A stretch of 64,000 nucleotides of DNA from Squalus acanthias (Eukaryota). Shown here one piece after another: positions 49,863 to 61,585 of this stretch (the stretch's first letter is position 1; each line of letters opens with the position of its first letter). Made by a program: the position numbers and the translations under genes. The DNA is taken from NCBI GenBank assembly GCA_030390025.1, contig CM059431.1, positions 113,834,001 to 113,898,000 of the forward strand, in the 5' to 3' direction. The notes beneath the pieces are model-generated. The model searched no databases and was not told the origin of the DNA. It saw only the letters and a program-made list of their open reading frames with translations.

Positions 49863-51265
49863 ATGGGAACCATTTATACCCTCTCATCCTGGTCCTCAGA
49901 ATCAGAGGAAGAGCAGCCTAGGCAGCAGCAGAATCAGGCAAAACAGCAGCAGCAACAGCAGGAGCGCCAACCTCCTCCTCACCCACCTGATGCTGCACAG
50001 GGCAGAGGTGGTCAGCGCAGGGCTACAGCTTGCTGCAGGAGATACTCCCAACACAGGGTTTACAGGCTGAGGATGAGATTCCGCAACTTGATTGAGCAGC
50101 AGTGCCAAAGGAGGCTGAGACTTTCGCGAGAGGTAGTCGCTGACATCTACGCAGTGCTGCAACAGCACCTGGAGCCCAGAGGAACAGGTGGACACCCCTT
50201 ACCAGTGGCTGTCAAAGCCACCACCACCCTCAATTTTTTTGCTTCAGGGTCCTTCCAAGGATCATCAGCAGACATCAGCGGCATCTCCCAGTCGGCCGCA
50301 CACACTTGCATCATGCAGGTTACCGATGCCCTCTTTGCAAAGGTGCACAACTACATCCACTTCTCCATGGATGAAGCAAGTGTAACCGCTCGTGCGGTTG
50401 GCTTTGCAAATATGGTAGGCTTGCCAAGGGTGCAGGGTGTCGTAGACTGCTCACATGTGGCTATTAGGGCACCCCATCACAACCCAGCTGTATTTGTCAA
50501 CCGCAAGGGCTTCCACTCCCTTAATGTCCAGCTGGTGTGTAACCACAGGAAGAACATTATGCAATAGCAAAATACTGCGGATGCTGGAAATCCGAAATAA
50601 CAACAGAAAACGTTGGAAAAACTCAGCAGGCCAGGCAGCATCCATGGAGAGAGAAACAGAGTTAACGTTTCAGGTCGAAGACTTTTCGTCAGAATTGGGA
50701 CGAAAGGTCTTCGACCTGAAACGTTAACTCTGTTTCTCTCTCCAAGAACATTATGTATGTTTGCGCCAAGTTCCCTGGCAGTTGCCATGACTCGTTCATC
50801 CTGCGGCAGTCTACTGTGCCTCAGCTGTTCAATCTGCAAACCCAACTTTCCAGATGGCTATTTGGAGACAAGGGCTATCGCCTGAAGACGTGGCTAATGA
50901 CGTCGTTGAGAAGGCCATCAAACGAAGCTGAGGAGCGGTACAATGCGAGCCACATTTCCACCAGAGCCATCATCGAGCAAACCATCGGCTTGCTCAAAAT
51001 GCGATTCAGATGCCTCGACAGATCAAGTGGAGCCCTACTCACCAGCCAGGGTCTCAGCATTATCGTTGTCTGCTGTGTACTGTACAACTTCGCTTAGCAG
51101 CGTGGCGTCCCGCTGCCTGAGAAACAAGTGGCTCAGCGCAGAGCCTCCTCCTCAGAGGAGGAGGAGGAAGACCTTGCGGAGGCAGATGCGCCAGTTCCAC
51201 CAGCACGTGAGCACATTGCTGCCCGTTATGCAAGGGATGCACTAATCGATGCCAGATTCGATTAA
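49863..51265 (+). pseudogene. HARBI1-like DDE transposase of H3, disrupted by a mini-PLE
   Basis: GVVDCSH, GDKGY and IEQTIG motifs; removing the 194-bp insert-plus-TSD joins ORFs 49863 and 50753 in frame; one remaining TAG (51095); ends RDALIDARFD*. Confidence 0.92.
50562..50743. mobile_element. 182-bp fold-back mini-PLE with two opposed hammerhead motifs
   Basis: 12-bp TSD AAGAACATTATG (50550-50561, 50744-50755); 45-bp inverted repeat 50646-50690 / 50699-50743 with one mismatch and an 8-nt spacer. Confidence 0.92.
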
Positions 51266-51519
51266 GTTTATGAAGCAAACACATGTGGCTTCTTAATACA
51301 CCATACACAATGTACAATAAACTGTGGGTTCCTATCACTCTCACCACCATCATTACAGATGAAAGGTGCCCTGACACCTCACTGTGCCACTTCCATTTCT
51401 GGGCACACATAGGTCAGCTCTTTGAATGTTTGCCATCGCATTTCTTTATTGAAATTGAAATGGCGATGATTATATTAAAGATGTATTGCATCAAAACACC
51501 CAAGTGACTACCCTTGTGC

Positions 51520-53458
51520 CTATAGGTGCTTAATCATTCTCTTACACGTGCTTCTATGCGGTGCTTCCCCTGTGGCTTCAGCAGATGTGGAGGCACCTTG
51601 CTCACTTTCATGCTGCTCCTGCTTCGACACCTTTGGCGGGCGTCCTCTGGGTTTGCGAGCCTGGGAGGGCTCGGCAACAGTCTGCTCCTCCTGCGACTGT
51701 GCAGGGGCTGAGACGGCCATCTCAGTTGGGTGAGGACTCTAGTGGGGCTCTGACCGAGGGCTCCGTAGTGGCATGGTCGTGTGAGCACTTGGAGAGGAGC
51801 CCACACTTCCTTGTTGCCTGCCACCAACATCCCTCTCATGGGTCAGCCACACTTCAGTGCTAGCAAGTGGCTGGACAGCACCTTGCTGCACATCAGGGGT
51901 GGCCATGAGAACCCGTATCTGCACTGGCAGTCCTCCTCAAAAAGGACGTCCATGAAGCTCTGGTCTCTCTGCTCAATAGCTGCTCATCACTCCTCCAGCG
52001 ATGTCAATCTATTCTGAACAGTCACCATGTTTTCCTGACTCTGGCGACTTATTTCCTCCATGACCGTAGCCATCATTTCCATGGAGGTTGCCATCCTATC
52101 CATGGTGGTGCGTTCATGCGCCATTGCCTCCACAAAGGCAGTGCTCATGTTAGAGATGGACTCCTCCATTCTCTCCACACTCGCAGTTACCCTGGTTGCA
52201 AAACCTGCCAGAGACTCCTGCACTTGTTCATGGAATTCCAGCACCGCTCTCTTTCTGGATGGCCCCAGAGGCACAGGGTCCACATGCAGCTGAGCAGAGC
52301 TGGGAGCACCCTACGGCCTCCAACGAGGACTCTCCACTGCTGTCCCTGTCTCCACCATCTGCTGAGGTTCACTTGTGAGCTGTGATACACCAGGTGACAA
52401 CACTACTCTATCTCGCGAAGGACCCACCGAGGTGTGCATCTCTGCGCTGGTGCTGGGTGCGCTTAATTCTGCTGACGCTGCGCCCTCAGAGGTTGCAGCT
52501 TCCTCTGAGGAGTCTTCCGGCTCTTCCTCCTAGACAGTGGGGAGGGGGGCTCTCGATGGTCCTGTGGGGGAGTAAAGGCATGAGTTAGACATGTGATATT
52601 AACGTAGCATGCACATCGAATTGTGCAGATGATCATAACTCAATCTGTATGTGCATCAGATGCCATATCAGTCACTCATGCAATGTAACTGAGAGGGCTG
52701 CAAATCTATTCTGTCACCAGCTTGCTCTACTGCGCCCGTCTGACCGTCCCCCACTTCCAGATCCTCAGCTCCTCCTACGATCTCCAGAGCAGCCTCCTCA
52801 GCGGTGGTCAGCTGGGCAATGGAAGGTGGACCTCCTCCTGTCCTGGCCCTCTCCCTCTTATTGTGGGATCTCTTTTCCTGCAATGAGGGACACAAGCGGA
52901 GTTGGAGTGAGAATGTTCGAGTGAGTATAGAGAATCCATAGCATAGATGCTTAGAGAGAGACAAAGATGGAGTGAGGTGCCAATACCAAGGGCCCTCCTT
53001 GTGCGTTGTTAGTTGTTGGCATTGCATAACAGTGATAGCGAGTGTGAGGGTGCATTGTAGAATAGTGAAGTGACTCTGTACATAGAGAGAGAGGGATAGT
53101 TATGGGTGCAAGGGATGTAAGGGTAAAGTGGGATGTGCAGGAGTAGATTGACAATGCAGAGTGCTGGTGATGAGAGGAGATGGGGAGCAGATTGAAGGTA
53201 AGTGTGATGTTATACTCACTTTTGCTGAGTGTACCAGGTCATTACACCTTTTTCTGCACTGGACCCAGGAGCGAGCACACAATGATCTGGAGCTCACCTC
53301 CTCAGCAATTTGCAGCCAGGCTCCTTTGCTTTGCTGAGAGGCTTCCTCCGTCTGGATGAGGGGAAGAGTACCTCCTGGCGCCCTCTCACTCCCTCCACAA
53401 GAACATGGAGGGAGTCATCATCAAAGCGGGGAGAGGCCTTAGCTCTTGCAGCAGTCAT
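51520..53458 (-). pseudogene. Three-exon Myb/SANT(MADF)-coiled-coil ORF2 of H3 (decayed)
   Basis: Exon 1 53458-53220 (MTAARAKASPRFDDDSL...WVQCRKRCNDLVHSAK|GTGAGT, one frameshift), exon 2 52877-52718, exon 3 from 52561; same intron phases (0, 1) as H2. Confidence 0.82.
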
Positions 53459-53744
53459 GGCAACAATTTCAACAAGGAGAAGCAGCAGGAAAGAATAGAT
53501 TTGAAACAATGCTGCATGGGCCCCTTAAATACAGCTGGCTGACAGACGTCAGCAGAGGCGAGCAGCAGACCTGAAACCACTAATTGGCCTGGGTAGCGCG
53601 CACGGACACATTAAGTAGGCCACTTGAGGCAAAATGCAGTTTCTGGCCGGCTGAAAGTGGAGGCGGGACCGGAACCCGCCGAACATCAAACCCGCACCCA
53701 ACCCGCCTCCATTAATAAAATCACGGCCTCTATCTTTGCCATTT

Positions 53745-53891
53745 CTAGCAAAGGGATCAAGGGATATGGGGAGAAGGCAGGTACAGGGTACTGAATTTGG
53801 ATGATCAGCCATGATCTCATCGAATGGCGGAGCAGGCTCGAGGGGCCGAATGGCCTACTCCTGCTCCTATCTTCCATGTTTCTATGTTTCT
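53745..53891 (+). mobile_element. CR1 3' end
   Basis: GGGGCCGAATGGCCTACTCCTGCTCC followed by (TTTCTATG)n. Confidence 0.85.
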
Positions 53892-53991
53892 AAATTGTAA
53901 GAACATTTTTAAAAGAACATATTTATGATTTCACTCAAACTAATGATCAGAGGAAATCTTCCTGCTCCTTTTATATTGTCATAAAGACAAA

Positions 53992-54940
53992 GGCCGGAAT
54001 TTTAATCGGGAGGCGGGTTGGGAGCTGGGGGTGGGGGGGACTAGAAAGTGGTGGGGAAACTGGGGAGAACGGGTATCCTGCGGGCCCAGCCGAACTTAAC
54101 AGCAGGGCCCAATTTGCATTTCAAACCTCTGTTTTGCGCCTGCAGTCAGCTAGATCGAGAGGCTGGCTGGCTGCGGGCAGGGTAGGCCTGCAGCACTAGG
54201 TCGCACAGAGGAGGGAGGGAGGGTTCACATGGGTCCTGGGGGGTGGTTGGGGACTGGACTTGAGCATTGGGGGGAGGGAGGGAAGCTTGTACACCGGAAC
54301 GTCGGTGGTGAGGGGGAGGGAGAGCAGATCGGGGCCGGACTCCGGAGCATCGGAACTGGAGCATCCGGGCATCCGGAGGGGGTGGCGGGGGGTGGGGGGG
54401 GGAGAGAAGATTGGGGCTTCATGGGGAGGATCGGAGCCCTTGGGGGGTGCGGGGGGGGGGGGGGAATCGGAAGCCTTGGTGATGGAGGATCGGAGGCCTG
54501 GTGGGGGGGGATTGGAGGCCTCGGGGGGAGGGGTGTGTTTGGAGGCCTCAGGGGGGTCTCTGATTGCGGGGTTGGGTGAGGCAGGGACGCTGGATCCAGG
54601 AGGTAAGTGTAAAGGCACATACCTCCTGGATCCAGCAGTCCTCGCCTTCCATTAGCTGTCGGGTTTCCCGAGGCCTGCAAAACCCGACCTGCCACCAGTT
54701 AAGTTTAAAATGGTGGTTAAATCTGAGGCACGCCAGCCTCTTTATAACATTTAAATAGACAACCCACCTCCCACCTCCTGAGAGCAGGTTGGCTGCCCAC
54801 CACCCCCCCACCCCGTCCCACCTCTGTTAAAACCGAAGTGGGCGGGTTGGAGGCAGGTTCTGGTTGGGATTCAGTTTTTTTAACTCTTTAACCTCCCACG
54901 CCATCCCAACCCATCCATTTTTGGGGGTTAAAATTCCCCC
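53992..54940. mobile_element. Harbinger-type MITE J
   Basis: GGCCGGAATTTTAA / TTAAAATTCCCCC; TSD AAA; right end near-identical to MITE I. Confidence 0.88.
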
Positions 54941-55039
54941 AAAATCTTTCCCCGGTGCAGCGGCAATGATGACATTTCAGCCTTGTGGTGGTTGATGCTG
55001 CTTCCTCATTCTGCTGACTTCAATGAGGACTCTGAATTG

Positions 55040-55402
55040 TTAGTCCAGTAACATAACGCATGTTCAAATCCCACCATGGTAGTTTGAGAATTTGAATTCA
55101 GTTTAAGAAATATTCTGGAAATAAAAGTATAAAACTGGTCTCAGTAAAAGTGACCTTGAAGCTGTTGGATTGTCGGAAAAACCCATCTGGTTCACCAATG
55201 TCCTTTAGGGAAGGAAACCTGCCGTCCTTACCCATTCTGGCCTATATCTGACCCCAGTCCCCACACCAACATGGTTGACTCTCAACTGCCCTCTGAAGTG
55301 ACCCAGCAAAGCACTCAGTTGCATCAAACTCGGGCAACTAGGGATGGGGACTAAATGCCAGGCTTGCCAGCAAAGGTTACATCCCGAATGAATAAAAAAA
55401 AA
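55040..55402 (+). mobile_element. SINE-like element with poly-A end
   Basis: B-box-like GTTCAAATCC at 55062; ends GAATGAATAAAAAAAAA; second copy at 47248. Confidence 0.7.
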
Positions 55403-58086
55403 ATCAGCACCCAACAAAAAAAACTTTCCTAAAAATCATTCGAATGGACCGTTGGACTGAAGCAAACAGAAAAATATTAAACAGAAACAGAAAATACTGG
55501 AAACTCAGCAGGTCGGTCAGCATCTGTAGCGAGGACAGATGAGTTAATATCAGATCTGAAAGATATTACAGCATTTGAAAAATAACAGAAAGCATCCACA
55601 TTTTGCAAATTAATGCTTTCAGATGGCATGGTGATAAAGAGCCAGGCTGCTCCATAGATAGGGTTATAGATTTGTATTTGTCATTCTACACACGGAGAAT
55701 TCTCAATCCCAGCTATGCCACCAGAGATGCTAGACAAAGGCGAAATTGTTCACTACAAGAGTGAGAACATTGGAAAGCAAGTCTTCCTGGAGCACTTAGT
55801 AATAGGTTCAAGGACGACAACATCATTTATATAATGGTAAACGGCTATCACTTGGCCATCTGACTGTTTGCCCAGCATTAAGTCCTGGATACACTTAACA
55901 CTGACAAGACTGACACCATCCTGTTTGGTTCCTACCAAAAATTCTGCATCCCAGACCCTGATTCTATCACCCTGTCTGGCTGCTAGGTCATAAGCAACGT
56001 AATTGGTGAGTTTGATCAGGGTGTTCTCAGTCCTGTGGGCATGCTGGAAACTGGCCTGAAAGGTTCAGACATGGAATGGTGGGAGAGGTGAATACTGAAC
56101 TGGTGTTAAAATGTTTAAGGACCTTTGAGAGGAAAGGGAAGAACAATGGTTGGGGAAATAATAAATCTTGACTATGTTGGGGGCACTGGTGTAAGAAGAA
56201 GTAATTATATAGTCAGGAGTTGGGTCAGATGCCGGCCAAGGATGCAGGAGCTAAGTGTCATGGAGGAGCTGAACCAGATGTAGGCTGGGGAAAAGATGGA
56301 GGAGAGGCTACAGAACGAAATGAGGTTGGAGCTTAGGTAAGAGGAAGTTAGAGGAGGATTGGGCAGTGGAAGAGGATGATAAAGTGGTCAAGTTTATAGT
56401 CTCAATCTTCAAAGCAAAGGAAATCCATGAACTCCTCACATTTGCCACTGGATGTAAAGGTGGAGTACACAAAGGAAGGGGGTCAGAGGAGGTGGCTTGT
56501 CATCGAAAGTGAAGATTGTCCTCGTGTCCTCACAATCCAGGATAATACTTGAGTAGTGGGAACATTTGACTATGGGGTGTTGACATGGTAAGGTTACTGT
56601 TGGAAGTCTGAGAGCAGATGACCTCTACTCTAGAGAACGATGCATGATTATTTTATTTTAAAAAACAAAATACTGACCACAAAATGATAATGAATAGTTT
56701 AAATTATTAGTCTAATTGTTGTCGTTAGGATGGGAGCTCAGAGACCCACTAACACGGTAATAACATAATTAATATCTATTAATTGATCTAGACTTTGTGT
56801 GAAAACGTCAGTGGAAACTAAAAATATCTTCATGCCACCCCAGATCATTAATAGATTTGAAATCCCTTCCTTGATCACAACAATTGGTGTAATAGAATAG
56901 GTGCACATGACTAGATTTGCAGCTTGAATCCAAGTACAGTGATTCCAGCTAAGGAGTTTAAACTGGAGCAAAAAAAGAGTTAACCTGGGCAGTAGAGTCA
57001 GTTGCTGTTATATATCTTTGAAAGGCATTTCTGAAGATTCAGACATCCTCCTGCGGGCTGAAACCATTCTGTTTCTGCTGTTGGCTGGTTCTCATGGTGG
57101 GCAGGAAAAGATGGCAGCACTGGCAGACAATGCAGCTGAGTACTCGCCGCCCAACTACTTCAAGGTCTCCCACCCCTGCCAGGCCACAGGAAAAAATGGC
57201 TTTGACTTCCTGCTTACAATTGTGTAAAAAGTGGGGTGATTGAGGTCAGCGCGTAAGCGGAAGGAAGGCGACCGCGCTGATGCTGGCCACTCGTTCCCAC
57301 TGTTTCTCCACCACAAACCAAAGTCACTGACAACTTTTCAAAATCTATCAAAAAATAGCTTTTCATCCGACCTGGTATTCTTCAAATCTCTACATTAATA
57401 GTGAAAGTAAAACCATCAGAGTAAGTTCATTCATTCACCATAGCTGAGGTATTGTTAATACGTGTGCTTTTTTTTTTAACCTCAATTTTACTGAGAGCAG
57501 TTGCCCTCCTCAGTTTCAGTGTATGGGGGCATTAAGGACAGACTAGTGGAACTAGTCTAGTTATATTGGTACTGAATGAAGCAAATCAAGTTAAATTGGT
57601 TTACACTGGCAAAACATTTATCCGCAAATATTAGATGGGTTATACTGTACATTGAAGTTATATTGCTGCAGCCCAAGACTGCATTGTGTAATTACATATG
57701 TATCCAGCAGATGGAGCCTAATCATGGAGGTAATTTGTTTGTTAAACTACTTAAGAAGTAGAGGATCAGCAAAAAAGACCATGACTGTTGAAACTGTATT
57801 CTTCACAGGAATAAACACAAAGAGAGAGATTTTGTAAATGGAATGGTTTATGTTCTGTTGAAATCCAATTAATTTTAAATCTGAAACCTGTTAACTGTTG
57901 AGGGATATGGGCCAAAGGTGGGTATATGGAGTTAGGTCACAGATCAGCCATGGCGGAACAGGCTCAAGGGGCTGAATGGTCGACTCCTGTTCCTAAGCTC
58001 CTATAACCCAGTTCCACACTCAAACAATAATAGCATATTCAAAGCCAATTGGTGCAGTTAGAGATCAGAACCTGTGCCCCTCGTCA

Positions 58087-58680
58087 GGGGCTATTTTCAC
58101 TTTGCACCCAATGTGGCCGTTCCTTTCTCCCATTCATGCCTGAAAGAGGCCCGAACCTCATTCGCATGCCAAGCGGGCGTCCCGCTGCAGTTCGCCAGTT
58201 CTGGGAGTGCCAGTTCCAGGAATCAGCCAGCTCCCATGTTGAGCCGGACAGCAGGTTGGGCCTTGAGGGGGTGGTGGGGTAGGGGGGGGGGACCTGAAAT
58301 AGGCCAGCAGTGGGCGGAGTTTTTTTTTGTGGGCCCAGAAAGAGCAGGAGTATTCTTCCTGGGCCTACGAAAAAAAAACGGAAAACTTTTTGAGTGGCAT
58401 CCAGAAGTCCTTTTAAGAACCACTGGTTAGGCCGCTCGTTGTCTGGTACAAATGGGTGGAGCGTGCATGGCGCACGCTGTGCCCATTTGTACCTGAAAAT
58501 TGCAATCGGAGTCCTATAACCAGCGTTGGACCCCGACTTGCAAATTTAAGCAGCTTCCCATGTGTGTCAGGCAAGAAAATTGCATTAGGCGGGCCTCGGG
58601 CATCATTGGGGAGGCTGAGGAGCACCCCACCCCCGATTTAAGGCGAGAAACGGGTGGACAGCAGCTGAAAAATCACCTCC
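58087..58680. mobile_element. Older Harbinger-type MITE K with central hairpin
   Basis: Left end GGGGCTATTTTCAC resembles the H1 right TIR (GGGTCAATTTTCAC); right end GAAAAATCACCTCC; TSD unclear. Confidence 0.55.
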
Positions 58681-59714
58681 ATTGTCTCTGTGTCTCTCAT
58701 GGTCTCTGTGAGTCTCTAGTTCTGTCACGGTGTTGCTTTCTGTCTGTACTTCCATTCAAAAAAAGCGTCCCACTTTTAAAAGGGCCTCATGACCATATTA
58801 CTTGTGTTTAAAAATTCACCAACCAAACCTGATTTCCCTCACTAAAGCACTAAATCAAGTTGCCAATATGTAACGCTCAAATGAGTGTGAATATTCCCAG
58901 CTAATGGATGAATGCAGACCTGCATTTTGCTTAATTTATTTTGCAAGACTCATTTTTCAGTATGACAAATCACTGCAAACATCTTAATTAAAAAAAACTT
59001 CAAAATTCATAGACACTTACCTGAGTTTGATTACATTTTAATTGCATTATTTACATGCTGATACTTACCTCTCTGTGAAATGTTTTATTCATCTTACTAT
59101 TATGTTGCCAAGAATTGCTTTCATTGACCTGCATGCATACCGGAGACGCTTTTTCAGAAGTATCACCAAAAATGTCTTCCAGCAAGAATGCGTTAATCCT
59201 TTTAAGTTGTATTTTAAGGAGGGCCATGATAATGCAGGGAGTGGGACATTGACTGTTCCACAATATGAAATGATTTTGAGCAGTCTTAGTCCAGTTCTTA
59301 GTAGGCATGTGCCCACAACACTAAACTGTTGATAATACAACATTAACTGGCACTAAGTTGGCACTAAATTAGAAATTGAAAGACATCGTGCTGAGGCTGA
59401 GGCACATTGTTGGGGTAAAGCAGTGGGAGCTTTAGTCCACATCTAACTGCGTTGTATCTGCTTTAGGAATACCTGATGCTGACACCAAGTCAGCACTGCT
59501 GCCGACCCAGAGTCTCCTTCAGCAGGGGTACAAATCGGGCGCAGAGGTGAACGCACCCAGTTTTCTGACTTGCCATCTGTTGGGTAATACTCCACACTGA
59601 GAGCCGAGTCCCCAAAATATTAACCCTCAAGTCTCCAAAATGCAAATTACCTATCCAGAATGTCAGGAGTTAGAGTATTTTCATAGTGTAAGGGTTAATG
59701 CATGTAAGTCAGGC

Positions 59715-59802
59715 TGCAAGATAATAGGATCTAGTACAGGATGATATGGTTTAGTGCAAGATAATAGGATCTAGTACAGGATGATATGGTTTAGTGCAAG
59801 AT
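59715..59802. repeat. Perfect 40-bp tandem duplication (2.2 copies)
   Basis: Unit TGCAAGATAATAGGATCTAGTACAGGATGATATGGTTTAG. Confidence 0.95.
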
Positions 59803-60559
59803 GAACCATAGGTTTTGGATGGCAAATTCAGCAAACAAGTTAACTAGATTAGCACCAAGGATGAGTGTATGGCGCCAGGGTTACACCATATCTGATGACC
59901 ATAGTTAGTGCGTTTTAGTGAATGTATTAATTCTGAACAAATCTGTGCGTATTTGTTACTCAATTTGAAGAGCTCAATAAGTCGGAAGACTCTTGGCGTC
60001 GCGATAGGTATCTTGTATGTGAGTATATAGATGTGTTACTTACGATATATATTGAATTTTGTCCCTATTACAACACTAGTTCATCCTACTATTGGTATCT
60101 GAGCCTGATTGGGACTAAAGTCCAACAGGCAGCACCAACATCCCTCACTTTGACCCACATAAAAAATGCATTTTAATGGTAGTAAGGGGCATGTGCTTAT
60201 ACGTTTAAAATGCAAACTTTCTCATGCTTCCATTATAACTGGCTTTTAGTACTGCACTCATATCCACGTCTCCATTAATGTGCCACTAAAAGTCTATTAT
60301 GGAACTCCCTGGAATTATCCCACATTTACTTGTATCAATTGGAGTGGGATCTCATAAAGTGGTGGCTTTATAGTTGTGTAACCTTGTAGTGGCTCCAACA
60401 TACCAGAAGCATGAAGTATGGATACATTCAGAGAGGCCCCATATCCAGTGTTTGGAGAGGACGTTTATTGCATATTAGGAAATCTTCTCAACCAGTTTCA
60501 AAGTACAACTTGTGTAGTAACATTTATAATAATCAAGAGACACTCTTAGTAGATGTATC

Positions 60560-60840
60560 AGTGAAAATTAAATGTCAGAGATTTAGAACAGAGAGCAAGA
60601 GAAACTTCTTTACATGGAGTGTTACGAGGCTGTGGAACTCACTTCCATGGTTAGTGGTTGAGACAGACACTATGTCAACATTCAAGGTTAGACTGGATAG
60701 AGAGATGAAGGAAAAGGGGATGAAGGGATATGGAAAGCGGGTGGATAAATGTGATTTGCTTTTGTTGAGGGTAAACACCGACACAGACTGGTCAGGCTCA
60801 ATCTCCTGTTTCCATGTTTTAACTTCTATATATTTCTACG
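60560..60840 (+). mobile_element. CR1 3' fragment
   Basis: FRTESKRNFFTWSVTRLWNSLP...MKGYG. Confidence 0.85.
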
Positions 60841-61170
60841 AAGTGTTGCACAGATTATGAATTTCAATGCCATGTATTTTACAACATGCTTCCTTGTGTG
60901 CGGCACCTGTATGGACTGCTGGTGTTGGTGGTGCTCCCAAGTTCAGAGCGACCCAGAGATTTCAGGTATGTACAATCAATATAACCTGCTCAGCAATGGT
61001 AAATTCGCTTCATGTGAATCAACATGAAACTAGTACTTAAATCTAATGACAAAGGTGAGAATAGTGTGGGAATGTACAGTTTCTATGGAATAAGGGACCT
61101 CAAACTGTAAGGTGCTTAGCTGCAGTCTTTCATTTTAGCTTGTTCTCTGTCCCTGTTCCATGCTGCTTAG

Positions 61171-61585
61171 TGTCAGCCTTGGCTCAGTGGTAGCACCTCT
61201 GAGTCAAAGGGTCGTGAGCACATAATCTAGGCTGACATTTCAGTGCAGTACTGAGGGAGTCCTGCACTGTCGGTGGTGCCGTCTTTCAGATGAGATATTA
61301 AATCAAGGCCCAATCTGCTCTCTCAGGTAGATGTAAAAGATCCCATGATACTTTTTGAAGAAGAACGGAGGTGTCCTCCCGGTGTCCTAGCTGACATTCA
61401 ACCAACTTCACTAAAAAATAGATTATCTGGTCATTAATCTCATTGTTCTTTGTGGGAGCTTGCTGTGCGCAAATTGGCAACATGTCAACAGTGATTACTC
61501 TTCATTTGTACTTCACGGGCTGTGAAGCACTTTGGAACGCCATGAGGTCATGAAAGGCACTATCTAAATGCAATTCTATCTTTCT
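61171..61585 (+). mobile_element. DeuSINE (SacSINE1-like) copy
   Basis: Colinear with the copy at 39318. Confidence 0.85.

Larger units (their letters stand above)
49325..53728. mobile_element. Full-length PIF/Harbinger transposon H3
   Basis: Ends GGGCTGGATTTT / AAAATCACGGCC (9/12); TSD TCT; convergent transposase and MADF genes. Confidence 0.9.

Noticed and set aside
54146..54695. Pro/Gly-rich ORFs (also at 29566-30162, 34850-35519, 43900-44428)
   Set aside because: Artefacts of GC-rich MITE sequence; open in several frames with no domain signature.
59061..59070. U1 snRNA 5' end (ATACTTACCT)
   Set aside because: Following sequence does not match U1; it is a minus-strand donor motif.
59715..59802. 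CRISPR-like direct repeats
   Set aside because: No spacers; a simple tandem duplication in eukaryotic DNA.
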